24,000 bases of DNA from Thermotoga sp. SG1. Lineage in GTDB: Bacteria > Thermotogota > Thermotogae > Thermotogales > Thermotogaceae. Below are positions 9,705-17,544 of the stretch, piece by piece. The notes beneath the pieces were generated by a model that did not search any database, had not been told where the DNA came from, and was given only the letters and a program-made list of their open reading frames with translations. Position 1 is the first letter of the stretch, and each line of letters begins with the position of its first letter. The stretch is from NCBI RefSeq assembly GCF_002865985.1, contig NZ_LNDD01000001.1, positions 273,004-297,003 of the forward strand, read 5' to 3'. Made by a program: the position numbers and the translations under genes.

Positions 9705-10331
9705 TCATCCGTTCCTCCTTATGATCTCGAAGGTGAGAACCCTCAAAGCTGCCGTTATATCTATGTTCTCAACGGGAACGGAGACTTTGATCTTGACCGG
9801 CGCAAAGTTCAGAATACCCAGAATTCCACACTTTTCCAGTCTTTCCGCCACACTCTGAGCGTGATCAGCAGGGACTGCGATGACACCTATTTCTGCTCCT
9901 TCCTCTCCGACAAACCTTTCCAGGTCGTCCACGTCCTTCACGATCAAACCAGGTGCCACTTCTTTTCCGATCTTCGAGGGGTCGTTATCGAATATCCCGA
10001 CAATCCTGAAACCCTTTTCACGCATAACGGCGTAGTTGGCTATTGCCCGTCCGATGTTTCCGGCCCCCACAACAACGAGCCTCCATTCTTTCTTGACTCC
10101 GAGTATTTCTCCTATTGCGTTGTAGAGATGTTCCACGTTGTATCCAACGCCACGTTTTCCGAACTCTCCAAAATAAGAAAGGTCTTTCCTGATCTGGCTT
10201 GCCTTGAGATCAAGCCTTTTTGCGAGCTCTTCCGAGGAGACCACCTCGACCCCCTCATCGATCAACCTTTCAAGACACATGTAATAGCTGACCAGTCTTT
10301 TCGATACGGGCTTTGGAATCTTCTCTGCCAT
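9705..10331 (-). CDS. rex: Redox-sensing transcriptional repressor Rex
   Basis: 208 aa. It has an N-terminal winged-helix block (SSEELAKRLDLKASQIRKDLSYFGEFGKRGVGYNV) and a Rossmann fold (VVVGAGNIGRAIANY...GIFDNDP...IAVPA). ATG 10331 has GAGGTGA 4 nt upstream and lies 9 nt after the leuS stop. Confidence 0.93.
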   Translation of the reverse strand: MAEKIPKPVSKRLVSYYMCLERLIDEGVEVVSSEELAKRLDLKASQIRKDLSYFGEFGKRGVGYNVEHLYNAIGEILGVKKEWRLVVVGAGNIGRAIANYAVMREKGFRIVGIFDNDPSKIGKEVAPGLIVKDVDDLERFVGEEGAEIGVIAVPADHAQSVAERLEKCGILGILNFAPVKIKVSVPVENIDITAALRVLTFEIIRRNG

Positions 10332-10340
10332 CCTATCACC

Positions 10341-12815
10341 TCATATCACGATATTCACTATTCTTCCCTTCACGTAGATGAACTTCTTCACGGTCTTTCC
10401 ATCGACGTATTCTTTGACTCTTTCTCTCTCCATCACCATCTTCTTCAGTTCTTCCTCTGAGATGTCCACCGGAACAAGGATCTTGTCTCTCACTTTTCCG
10501 TTTATTTGAATGGCGATCTCCATTTCTTCGACCTCAAGGGCTTCTGGATCGTAGGATGGCCACGATTGCTGAACAACGAGACTCTCCTGTCCCAGCTCGT
10601 GCCAGAACTCTTCCGCCAGATGCGGTGCGAACGGTGATAGAACCAGTGTGAGATTCTCCGCGATCTCCCTCAGAAGTTTTTTGTTCCACCGATCTTCTGG
10701 TACACCGTTCAGGTACTGATTCAGGTGGTTGACCAGTTCCATGAGACCACTGATGGCCGTGTTGAACTTGAATCCGCCTTCGATATCTTCTGTCACCTTT
10801 TTGATGATGCTGTGCAGTTTTCTTCTGAGTTCCTTTTCGACGGGGGTTGTCAACGAAAGCCCTTCAGCAGTTTCTTCCTTCACGTGCGGCAAAATTGTGT
10901 AGAATGTGTTCCAGAGTCTTCTGATGAATCTGTGCACTCCTTCGATACCCGCATCGCTCCACTCGGCATCTTTTTCCGGAGGTGCCATGAAGAGTATGTA
11001 CATCCTCAGGGTGTCTGCTCCGTACTTTTCTATCATGTCGTCGGGGGATACCACGTTCCCTTTCGACTTCGACATCTTGGCACCATCTTTGTATATCATT
11101 CCCTGAGTGAAGAGATTGGTGAAAGGTTCGTCGAAATTCAGATATCCAAGGTCGTGAAGTACTTTGGTTATGAACCTCGAGTACAGCAGATGCAAGATGG
11201 CGTGCTCCACTCCACCTATGTACTGGTCCACGGGGAGCCAGTAGTTCACATCGTCCGGTTCGAAGGGTTTGTCATCCAGATGTGGATTCACATACCTGAG
11301 GAAGTACCAGGAGGAATCAACGAACGTGTCCATGGTATCAGTTTCTCTCTGGGCTTCTCCGCCGCAAATCGGACAATTTGTCCTCTTGAAGCCCTCGTGG
11401 AAAGAGAGGGGAGACTGCCCGGTCGGGAGAAACTCCACATCCTTTGGGAGTCTGACCGGAAGATCTTCTTCCGGAACCGGAACGGTTCCGCACTTTTCGC
11501 AGTAGATGATGGGAATGGGAGCCCCCCAGTATCTCTGACGGGATATGAGCCAGTCTCTGAGTTTGTACTGAACCGACCGCTTACCGATTCCTTTCTCCTC
11601 GAGCCAGTTTATAACCTTTTCAATGCCTTCTTTACTTGGAGTTCCTGTGAAAGGTCCAGAATTCACCATGATTCCTTCGCCTTCGTATGCCTCTTCCATT
11701 TTATCCGGATCGAGCTCTCCATCCACAGGTTTTATAACCACCCTTATGGGTATTCCATACTTTCTGGCGAAAGCAAAATCCCTCTGATCGTGAGCCGGCA
11801 CCCCCATGATGGCACCCGTTCCGTACTCCATGAGTATGTAGTTTGCAACGTAGATGGGTACTCTCTCTCCGTTCACCGGATTCACCACATACCTTCCCAG
11901 AAAGAACCCTTCTTTTTCCGCTTCCACAGACGTTCTCTTGAATCTGTCCTGCTGTTTTACACGTTCTAGAAACGCCTGAAGTTCCTCTCTTCTGTCATCG
12001 GGCACCAGTTCTTCTACGAGTGGAGATTCCGGTGCCAACGCCATGAAGGTGACACCCCAGAGCGTGTCAGGTCTTGTTGTGAAGACTCTTATTCTCGTGT
12101 CCGATCCCTCAACGGGGAACTCTATCTCTGCACCCGTGCTCTTTCCTATCCAGTTTCTCTGCATCGTCTTGACGTGTTCGGGCCAACCAGTAAGCTTTTC
12201 CAGATCGTTCAGCAGTCTTTCCGCATAATCGGTTATTTTGAAGAACCACTGTTCAAGGTGCTTTATGGTCACACCCGTTCCACATCTTTCACATTTTCCA
12301 TCCTTCACCTGTTCGTTGGCAAGGACGGTCTTGCACTTTGGACACCAGTTGACGGCCGCCTTTTTCTTGTAGGCAAGACCGTTCTTGTAGAGTTGAAGAA
12401 ATATCCACTGAGTCCATTTGTAGTACTCCTCGTCACAGGTTGCAATTTCTCTGTTCCAGTCGTAACTTATACCCAGTTTCTTCACCTGTTTTCTGATGGT
12501 GGAGATGTTCTTCCTGGTCCACTCCTCGGGGTGTATTCCCTTCTCGATCGCCGCGTTCTCCGCAGGCAATCCGAAGGCATCGTAGCCGAACGGATGGAGA
12601 ACGTTGTATCCTCTCATCCTCTTGTACCTAGCAACGATGTCTCCTATGACGTAGTTCTTCACATGGCCTACATGGAGTGTTCCCGAAGGATAGGGAAACA
12701 TTACAAGAGCGTAGTATTTTGGTTTTTCGGAACGTTGCGGAGTGTGAAACACTCCTTCTTCTTCCCAGACTCTCTGCCATTTTTCTTCTATTTCCTGGGG
12801 CTTATACTCCTTCAT
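10341..12815 (-). CDS. leuS: Leucine--tRNA ligase
   Basis: 824 aa with the class I signatures HVGHVKNY (HIGH) and KMSKSKGN (KMSKS), the CP1 editing block TTRPDTLWGVTF, and zinc-knuckle cysteines CPKC...CERC. ATG 12815 has AGGAGGTG 5 nt upstream. Confidence 0.97.
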   Translation of the reverse strand: MKEYKPQEIEEKWQRVWEEEGVFHTPQRSEKPKYYALVMFPYPSGTLHVGHVKNYVIGDIVARYKRMRGYNVLHPFGYDAFGLPAENAAIEKGIHPEEWTRKNISTIRKQVKKLGISYDWNREIATCDEEYYKWTQWIFLQLYKNGLAYKKKAAVNWCPKCKTVLANEQVKDGKCERCGTGVTIKHLEQWFFKITDYAERLLNDLEKLTGWPEHVKTMQRNWIGKSTGAEIEFPVEGSDTRIRVFTTRPDTLWGVTFMALAPESPLVEELVPDDRREELQAFLERVKQQDRFKRTSVEAEKEGFFLGRYVVNPVNGERVPIYVANYILMEYGTGAIMGVPAHDQRDFAFARKYGIPIRVVIKPVDGELDPDKMEEAYEGEGIMVNSGPFTGTPSKEGIEKVINWLEEKGIGKRSVQYKLRDWLISRQRYWGAPIPIIYCEKCGTVPVPEEDLPVRLPKDVEFLPTGQSPLSFHEGFKRTNCPICGGEAQRETDTMDTFVDSSWYFLRYVNPHLDDKPFEPDDVNYWLPVDQYIGGVEHAILHLLYSRFITKVLHDLGYLNFDEPFTNLFTQGMIYKDGAKMSKSKGNVVSPDDMIEKYGADTLRMYILFMAPPEKDAEWSDAGIEGVHRFIRRLWNTFYTILPHVKEETAEGLSLTTPVEKELRRKLHSIIKKVTEDIEGGFKFNTAISGLMELVNHLNQYLNGVPEDRWNKKLLREIAENLTLVLSPFAPHLAEEFWHELGQESLVVQQSWPSYDPEALEVEEMEIAIQINGKVRDKILVPVDISEEELKKMVMERERVKEYVDGKTVKKFIYVKGRIVNIVI

Positions 12816-12911
12816 AGACGCACCTCCTGATTTTTCTCTACTCTCTACATAATAATATCAAATTCCTCAGTGCTTCGTGATAGAATCTTTCAGGAAAAAG
12901 GAGATGAGAGT
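12816..12911. promoter_or_regulatory. Divergent promoter region for leuS (minus) and deoB (plus): two back-to-back extended -10 elements
   Basis: Plus strand: TGaTAGAAT (TG 12878-79, hexamer 12881-12886) with a weak -35 (TCAAAT 12858-63), leaving a ~18-nt leader to ATG 12912. Minus strand: TGaTATTAT (hexamer 12857..12852) with a weak -35, leaving a ~30-nt leader to ATG 12815. Both were identified by eye only. Confidence 0.4.
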
Positions 12912-14093
12912 ATGCGAGTGGTTCTGATCGTTCTGGACAGTGTCGGAATCGGTGCGATGCCAGACGCCCATCTGTACGGTGATGAAGGAAGCAACACACT
13001 CGTGAACACGGCAAGGGCAGTGGGAGGACTCCATTTGCCGAACATGGAAAGGCTTGGACTTGGCAATCTGGACAACATACCGGGGGTTAAACCAGTGAAA
13101 CCGTCTGAGGGTGTTTACGGAAAGATGATGGAGAAGAGCCCTGGCAAAGATACAACCACAGGCCACTGGGAAATAGCCGGTGTCATCCTGAAAAAACCGT
13201 TTGACCTCTTTCCGGAAGGATTTCCAGAGGAACTGATAGAAGAGTTCGAAAGAAGAACAGGAAGAAGGGTGATAGGAAACAGACCCGCATCGGGAACGGA
13301 AATAATAAAAGAACTGGGACCGATACACGAAAAAACAGGAGCATTGATCGTTTACACCTCCGCCGACAGTGTGTTTCAAATAGCCGCAAAAAAAGAAATC
13401 GTACCTCTGGAAGAACTCTACAGATACTGCCAAATAGCGAGAGAACTCCTGGACGAGAAGGGGTACAAGGTGGCCAGGGTCATCGCAAGACCGTTCACCG
13501 GAGAGTGGCCCAACTACATCAGAACACCAGAGAGAAAGGATTTTTCACTGGAACCGGAGGGCAGAACCCTTCTTGACATCCTTACAGAGAACGGCATACC
13601 CGTCTACGGTGTGGGTAAGATAGCCGATATATTCGCTGGAAGAGGTGTTACGGAAAATTACAAAACAAAGGACAACAGCGATGGAATAGACAAAACGATC
13701 CTTCTCATGAAAGAAAAAAGACACAGGTGCCTGGTGTTCACGAACCTGGTGGACTTCGACACCAAATACGGTCACAGAAACAACTATGTCGCCTACGCGA
13801 GAGCCCTCGAAGAGTTTGATGAAAGACTTCCTGAGATCTTCCAGGTTATGGAAGAAGATGATGTGCTGTTCATAACAGCGGACCACGGATGCGATCCGAC
13901 GACACCTTCAACGGACCACTCCAGGGAGATGGTTCCCCTCCTTGGGTACGGCAGGAAATTGAAGAACGATGTGTACATTGGAGTCAGAAAAACCTTCGCG
14001 GATCTTGGACAGACGATCGCCGACATGTTCGGTGTACCTCTCCTGGAAAATGGAACGTCCTTCAAAAATCTGATATGGGGTGAGAGTCGATAA
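12912..14093 (+). CDS. deoB: Phosphopentomutase
   Basis: Motifs [31 protein letters not shown] and [10 protein letters not shown]...DHSREMVP (alkaline-phosphatase-superfamily metal ligands typical of DeoB). I prefer ATG 12912 (GGAG 9 nt upstream; 393 aa) over the track's GTG 12870, which would lie upstream of the predicted -10. Confidence 0.92.
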   Translation: MRVVLIVLDSVGIGAMPDAHLYGDEGSNTLVNTARAVGGLHLPNMERLGLGNLDNIPGVKPVKPSEGVYGKMMEKSPGKDTTTGHWEIAGVILKKPFDLFPEGFPEELIEEFERRTGRRVIGNRPASGTEIIKELGPIHEKTGALIVYTSADSVFQIAAKKEIVPLEELYRYCQIARELLDEKGYKVARVIARPFTGEWPNYIRTPERKDFSLEPEGRTLLDILTENGIPVYGVGKIADIFAGRGVTENYKTKDNSDGIDKTILLMKEKRHRCLVFTNLVDFDTKYGHRNNYVAYARALEEFDERLPEIFQVMEEDDVLFITADHGCDPTTPSTDHSREMVPLLGYGRKLKNDVYIGVRKTFADLGQTIADMFGVPLLENGTSFKNLIWGESR

Positions 14094-15389
14094 ATGGGAT
14101 ACCTGGACGTTTTGAGATATCTCTACCACAAGCGCCCCATGGGTAAGATAAAACCGGGTCTTGAGAGGATCTCTCTGCTTCTTTCACTTCTCGGAAATCC
14201 CCACACGAAGTACCAGGTCATTCATGTTGGAGGAACAAACGGCAAAGGTTCCGTCACAAACATGATCAGTAACGTTCTCATATCACAGGGATACAGGGTG
14301 GGTTCGTATTACTCACCACATCTCAGCACCTTCAGAGAGAGGATCAGGTTGAACGAAGAGTTCATCTCCGAGAATGATGTGGAAACGATCTACCAGCAAA
14401 TGGAACCCGTTTTGAAACGTCTGGATGAGGACGAAGTGTTTTCTCCCAGTTTTTTCGAGACGGTCACGGCGATGGCCTTTCTCTACTTTGCAGAAAAAAA
14501 TGTTGATGTGGCCGTTGTGGAGGTGGGGCTTGGAGGACGTCTGGATGCCACAAACGTCGTATCCCCACTCTGCTCGGTCATCGTTACAGTGGATAGAGAT
14601 CACGAGAAGGTGCTGGGAAACACCATCGAACAGATCGCCTGGGAAAAATCCGGGATAATAAAAAACGGAACCCCCGTTGTCACCGGAGAAGAGAAGATAG
14701 AGGCACTGAAAGTGATAGAAGAGGTGGCAAGAAAGAAGGAATCAAAAGTATTCGCTTTCAACAGAGATTTCACCGTGGAGGTTGAATCGTTGAAACTCTT
14801 CGAAAACAGATTCAACTACTTGGGAGAAAAAGTGTTAAAAGATCTTGCTTTGACGATGAACGGACCTCATCAACTGGCGAACGCAGGAGTTGCTTTGAAG
14901 GCGCTGGAGGCGATCGATCTTTCGGTGAGCGAGTCGGCAATCCGGGAAGGTTTGAAGAAGGCAAAAAACCTTGGAAGATTCGAAGTGATTGAAAAAGACG
15001 GAAAAAGATTCGTTCTGGATGGAGCGCACAATCCCCACGCTGCGAGGTCTCTTGTGAAATCGCTGAAACTGTATTTCAAAGAGCCCCTGAATCTGATAAT
15101 CGGAGTGCTGGACGACAAAGATCGAGCCGGCATCTTGAAAGAATTCAGGAACGTTTTCGACAGAATCATCCTCACACAGGTTCCTTCACCCAGAATGAAG
15201 GATCTCGATGGGTTTGTCGCGATTGCAAAGGAAATACTGGGAAACGTCGAAATCATCGAGGATCCCCTCGAAGCGCTGAAGATCGCCGACGAAAAATCAG
15301 TAACCGTCGTCAGCGGCTCGCTCTTTCTTGTGGGTTACGTCAGAGAGTACCTCGAGACAGGAAAGATCGGTGAGGAGTGGTACCTGTGA
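14094..15389 (+). CDS. folC: Folylpolyglutamate synthase / dihydrofolate synthase
   Basis: 431 aa, Mur-ligase family, with the P-loop HVGGTNGKGS and the blocks VEVGLGGRLDATN and LDGAHNPHAA. The ATG immediately follows the deoB TAA (TAAATG). Confidence 0.93.
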   Translation: MGYLDVLRYLYHKRPMGKIKPGLERISLLLSLLGNPHTKYQVIHVGGTNGKGSVTNMISNVLISQGYRVGSYYSPHLSTFRERIRLNEEFISENDVETIYQQMEPVLKRLDEDEVFSPSFFETVTAMAFLYFAEKNVDVAVVEVGLGGRLDATNVVSPLCSVIVTVDRDHEKVLGNTIEQIAWEKSGIIKNGTPVVTGEEKIEALKVIEEVARKKESKVFAFNRDFTVEVESLKLFENRFNYLGEKVLKDLALTMNGPHQLANAGVALKALEAIDLSVSESAIREGLKKAKNLGRFEVIEKDGKRFVLDGAHNPHAARSLVKSLKLYFKEPLNLIIGVLDDKDRAGILKEFRNVFDRIILTQVPSPRMKDLDGFVAIAKEILGNVEIIEDPLEALKIADEKSVTVVSGSLFLVGYVREYLETGKIGEEWYL

Positions 15390-15952
15390 TAGCCGGGATC
15401 TACGGAAAAGTGGTGGAAAAGAACGGAAACACCGTTTTTATTTCAACAAACTCCGGCATAGTTTTCGAAATTGCGTGCGATACACAGACATGTGAGGAAC
15501 TCGAGGAAAACAGGGAATGTTATCTGTACACGTTCCTGAGCGTCTCTCAGGATGGTGTTGCCCTCTATGGATTTTCGGATAAGAAAAAGAAGGAACTTTT
15601 TCTTTCTCTGATGAAAGTCTCAAGGCTTGGCCCGAAGACGGCCCTGAAGATACTTTCGAGTGAAGACGCGGACACCCTGATATCGATGATCAACTCCCAA
15701 GATGTTGAGGGGCTTTCAAAGATTCCAGGAATAAGCAGAAAAACCGCCGAGCGAATCGTCATGGAATTGAAGGAAAAATTCGAAAGCACAGTACTAAAAG
15801 ACATGAAGACCTACCATGAATCCCTGGAGGCCCTGGTTTCCCTTGGCTATCCAGAAAAACAGGCAAGAAAGGCCATAAAGGAAGTGCTCAAGGACGGTAT
15901 GTCCACGTCTGAAGTTATCAAAGAAGCATTAAGGATTCTGAGCCGCAGATAA
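15386..15952 (+). CDS. ruvA: Holliday junction branch migration complex subunit RuvA
   Basis: N-terminal OB-fold (IAGIYGKVVEK...), HhH motifs (VSRLGPKTALKIL; LSKIPGISRKTAERIVMELK) and a C-terminal domain III. I prefer GTG 15386 (MIAGIYG; GGTGAGGAG 8 nt upstream), which overlaps the folC TGA (GTGA), over the track's GTG 15377. Confidence 0.9.
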   Translation: MIAGIYGKVVEKNGNTVFISTNSGIVFEIACDTQTCEELEENRECYLYTFLSVSQDGVALYGFSDKKKKELFLSLMKVSRLGPKTALKILSSEDADTLISMINSQDVEGLSKIPGISRKTAERIVMELKEKFESTVLKDMKTYHESLEALVSLGYPEKQARKAIKEVLKDGMSTSEVIKEALRILSRR

Positions 15953-16717
15953 TTTTCTTTCCAGTTTCAAAAGCAAAAACCCAAGAACGAGCGATGCAGA
16001 AAGAGCCAGAATGGACGGAAAAAGGTCTTCCAGAACGATCTCTTTCGGGAACACGCGGTAGAGAGACGCCAGTATCATCCCCCCTATGACACCGTAGGTC
16101 TCTTCTCTGAATCTTCTCAGGAGAAATCCCATGACCTTTATAGAAACAAAAATCCCGAGGACAACACCCGAACCAAAAACGAGCAATTTATCGATGAGAA
16201 GATGGGAAACCATCGAGAGAATGGAATCGTACACACCGAACATCAGAAGAATCAGAGAACCACTGATACCAGGCACTACCATCGCTGCTGCAGCCACAAA
16301 ACCTGCCACAAGAAGAACGAAAAGTCCTTCTTCGCTCTCAGTACCACCTGAAAAAGAAAGCAGAAGGACACACAAAATACCAAGAATGAAAAAAATCAGA
16401 TTCTTCAAAGAAAGAGAAAAAAACTCCTTTGCCTTCAAAAAACTGACGATCACAAGACCAACGAAGAAGAAGTGAGTCGGAACAGGATATCTGATCAGAG
16501 AGATCTCAAGGAGTCTGGCAAATCCGAACACTCCAACAAGCAGCCCAAATCCAGCGGGAAGGAGAATCTTCAAAGATTTGAAATCTCTTGAAAACAGTGA
16601 ATTTATCGCCTCTATCAGCCTGTCGTATATACCCATCAAAACCGCAATGGTTCCCCCACTGACTCCCGGTATGATGTTCGCTACTCCCATGAGGACACCA
16701 GAAAGGAAGTACCACAC
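15929..16717 (-). CDS. DUF368 family polytopic membrane protein (family implicated in undecaprenyl-phosphate translocation)
   Basis: 262 aa with ~8 hydrophobic helices and two copies of the DUF368 hallmark (ANIIPGVSGGTIAVLMG and MVVPGISGSLILLMFG). The start is GTG 16717, with GGGAGGA 6 nt upstream, 2 nt after the upstream TAA. The 3' end overlaps the ruvA 3' end by 24 nt. Confidence 0.8.
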   Translation of the reverse strand: MWYFLSGVLMGVANIIPGVSGGTIAVLMGIYDRLIEAINSLFSRDFKSLKILLPAGFGLLVGVFGFARLLEISLIRYPVPTHFFFVGLVIVSFLKAKEFFSLSLKNLIFFILGILCVLLLSFSGGTESEEGLFVLLVAGFVAAAAMVVPGISGSLILLMFGVYDSILSMVSHLLIDKLLVFGSGVVLGIFVSIKVMGFLLRRFREETYGVIGGMILASLYRVFPKEIVLEDLFPSILALSASLVLGFLLLKLERKLSAAQNP

Positions 16718-16719
16718 CT

Positions 16720-17544
16720 TTATTCCTCCCTTAGTTTCTTTTTCAAGGCCAGAACGAGTTTTCTAGTATCTTCTTCGGTGTACTCTTCCTTGGCTTCAAG
16801 TTCTTTGAGAGTTTCCTCTACATCCAGATTTGCTTCTTCAGCTGTCAGGTCATCAGGTACTTCCTCGGAGCTTTCGTAGATTTCTCTTGCTTTTTTCAAA
16901 GCCTCTTCCACATCAAGGCTTTCCTCTCCAATATTTTCCTCCTGAATTCTTCCAAGAAGTTCTTCAAGAACATCGAGCCTCTCATCTGCTTCTTTTTTCT
17001 CTTCCAGAGCGGGAATTTCCTCTGGAATGACTTCAGATTCTTCGAGTGTCTCCTCTGTTTCTTTTGCAGTTTCTGGTGTTCTTGTGATGCGCTTGATAAG
17101 CAACCTCTGCAGGAAAAAGACGACCAGGAATGTTCCACCTGAAACAACTATTGAAAGCCAAGTGGGAAAACCCTTCGATGTTTCGGCGGTTTCCGACTTT
17201 CCGGACGGTGCTTTCGACCTAACGTACTTTTCCCACTCTTCCTGTGGAACGTTGAGTCTGTTCAATATCTCTATGGCTATCACGTTGTCTGGAAAGTTCG
17301 ATAGATAGGTCCTTGCCTTCTCGTAGTCACCTATCGCGTAAGCGCATATTCCCATTTTCAACTTCACAAGAGGATCTCTTTCCTCGATCGTCGGATCTTT
17401 CTGAAGGGATTCTTCGAACAACCCCAACGCCCTTCTGTAATTTCCTTCGAGGTAGGCGTTCAGGGCGTTTGTGTAAAGATCGTTCGAGAAAATCGTCAAA
17501 GAAAACAGGAGAAAAAAAAGGAGCATCAACCTTCTACACGCCAT
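16720..17544 (-). CDS. Hypothetical bitopic membrane protein: signal peptide, TPR-like domain, TM helix, highly acidic C-terminal tail
   Basis: 274 aa. Regions: N-terminal MACRRLMLLFFLLFSLTIFS (signal-like); TPR-like helices (YTNALNAYLEGNYRRALGLFEESL...GICAYAIGDYEKARTYL); TM FPTWLSIVVSGGTFLVVFFLQRLL followed by KRITR. In the tail, 44 of the last 124 residues are Glu/Asp by my count, with three LDV-x-E-x-L repeats. An alternative start is ATG 17526 (1-nt overlap with the upstream TGA). Confidence 0.65.
   Translation of the reverse strand: MACRRLMLLFFLLFSLTIFSNDLYTNALNAYLEGNYRRALGLFEESLQKDPTIEERDPLVKLKMGICAYAIGDYEKARTYLSNFPDNVIAIEILNRLNVPQEEWEKYVRSKAPSGKSETAETSKGFPTWLSIVVSGGTFLVVFFLQRLLIKRITRTPETAKETEETLEESEVIPEEIPALEEKKEADERLDVLEELLGRIQEENIGEESLDVEEALKKAREIYESSEEVPDDLTAEEANLDVEETLKELEAKEEYTEEDTRKLVLALKKKLREE

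Noticed and set aside
12739-12755. Perfect 7-bp hairpin GGAGTGT-GAA-ACACTCC, about 60 nt into the leuS coding sequence.
   Set aside because: It is short, has a 3-nt loop, lies inside well-conserved codons (EGVFHTP), has no associated U-tract or regulatory context, and is compatible with chance.
9627-13433. Other long antisense ORFs: 9627-10460 (+, 277 aa), 10725-11969 (+, 414 aa), 12174-12830 (+, 218 aa) and 12867-13433 (-, 188 aa).
   Set aside because: The reasoning is the same. Each is fully antisense to rex, leuS or deoB, has a Phe/Ser/Cys/His-rich junk-like composition and lacks an SD. The strand on which they appear flips exactly where the real gene orientation flips, as expected for a compositional artefact.
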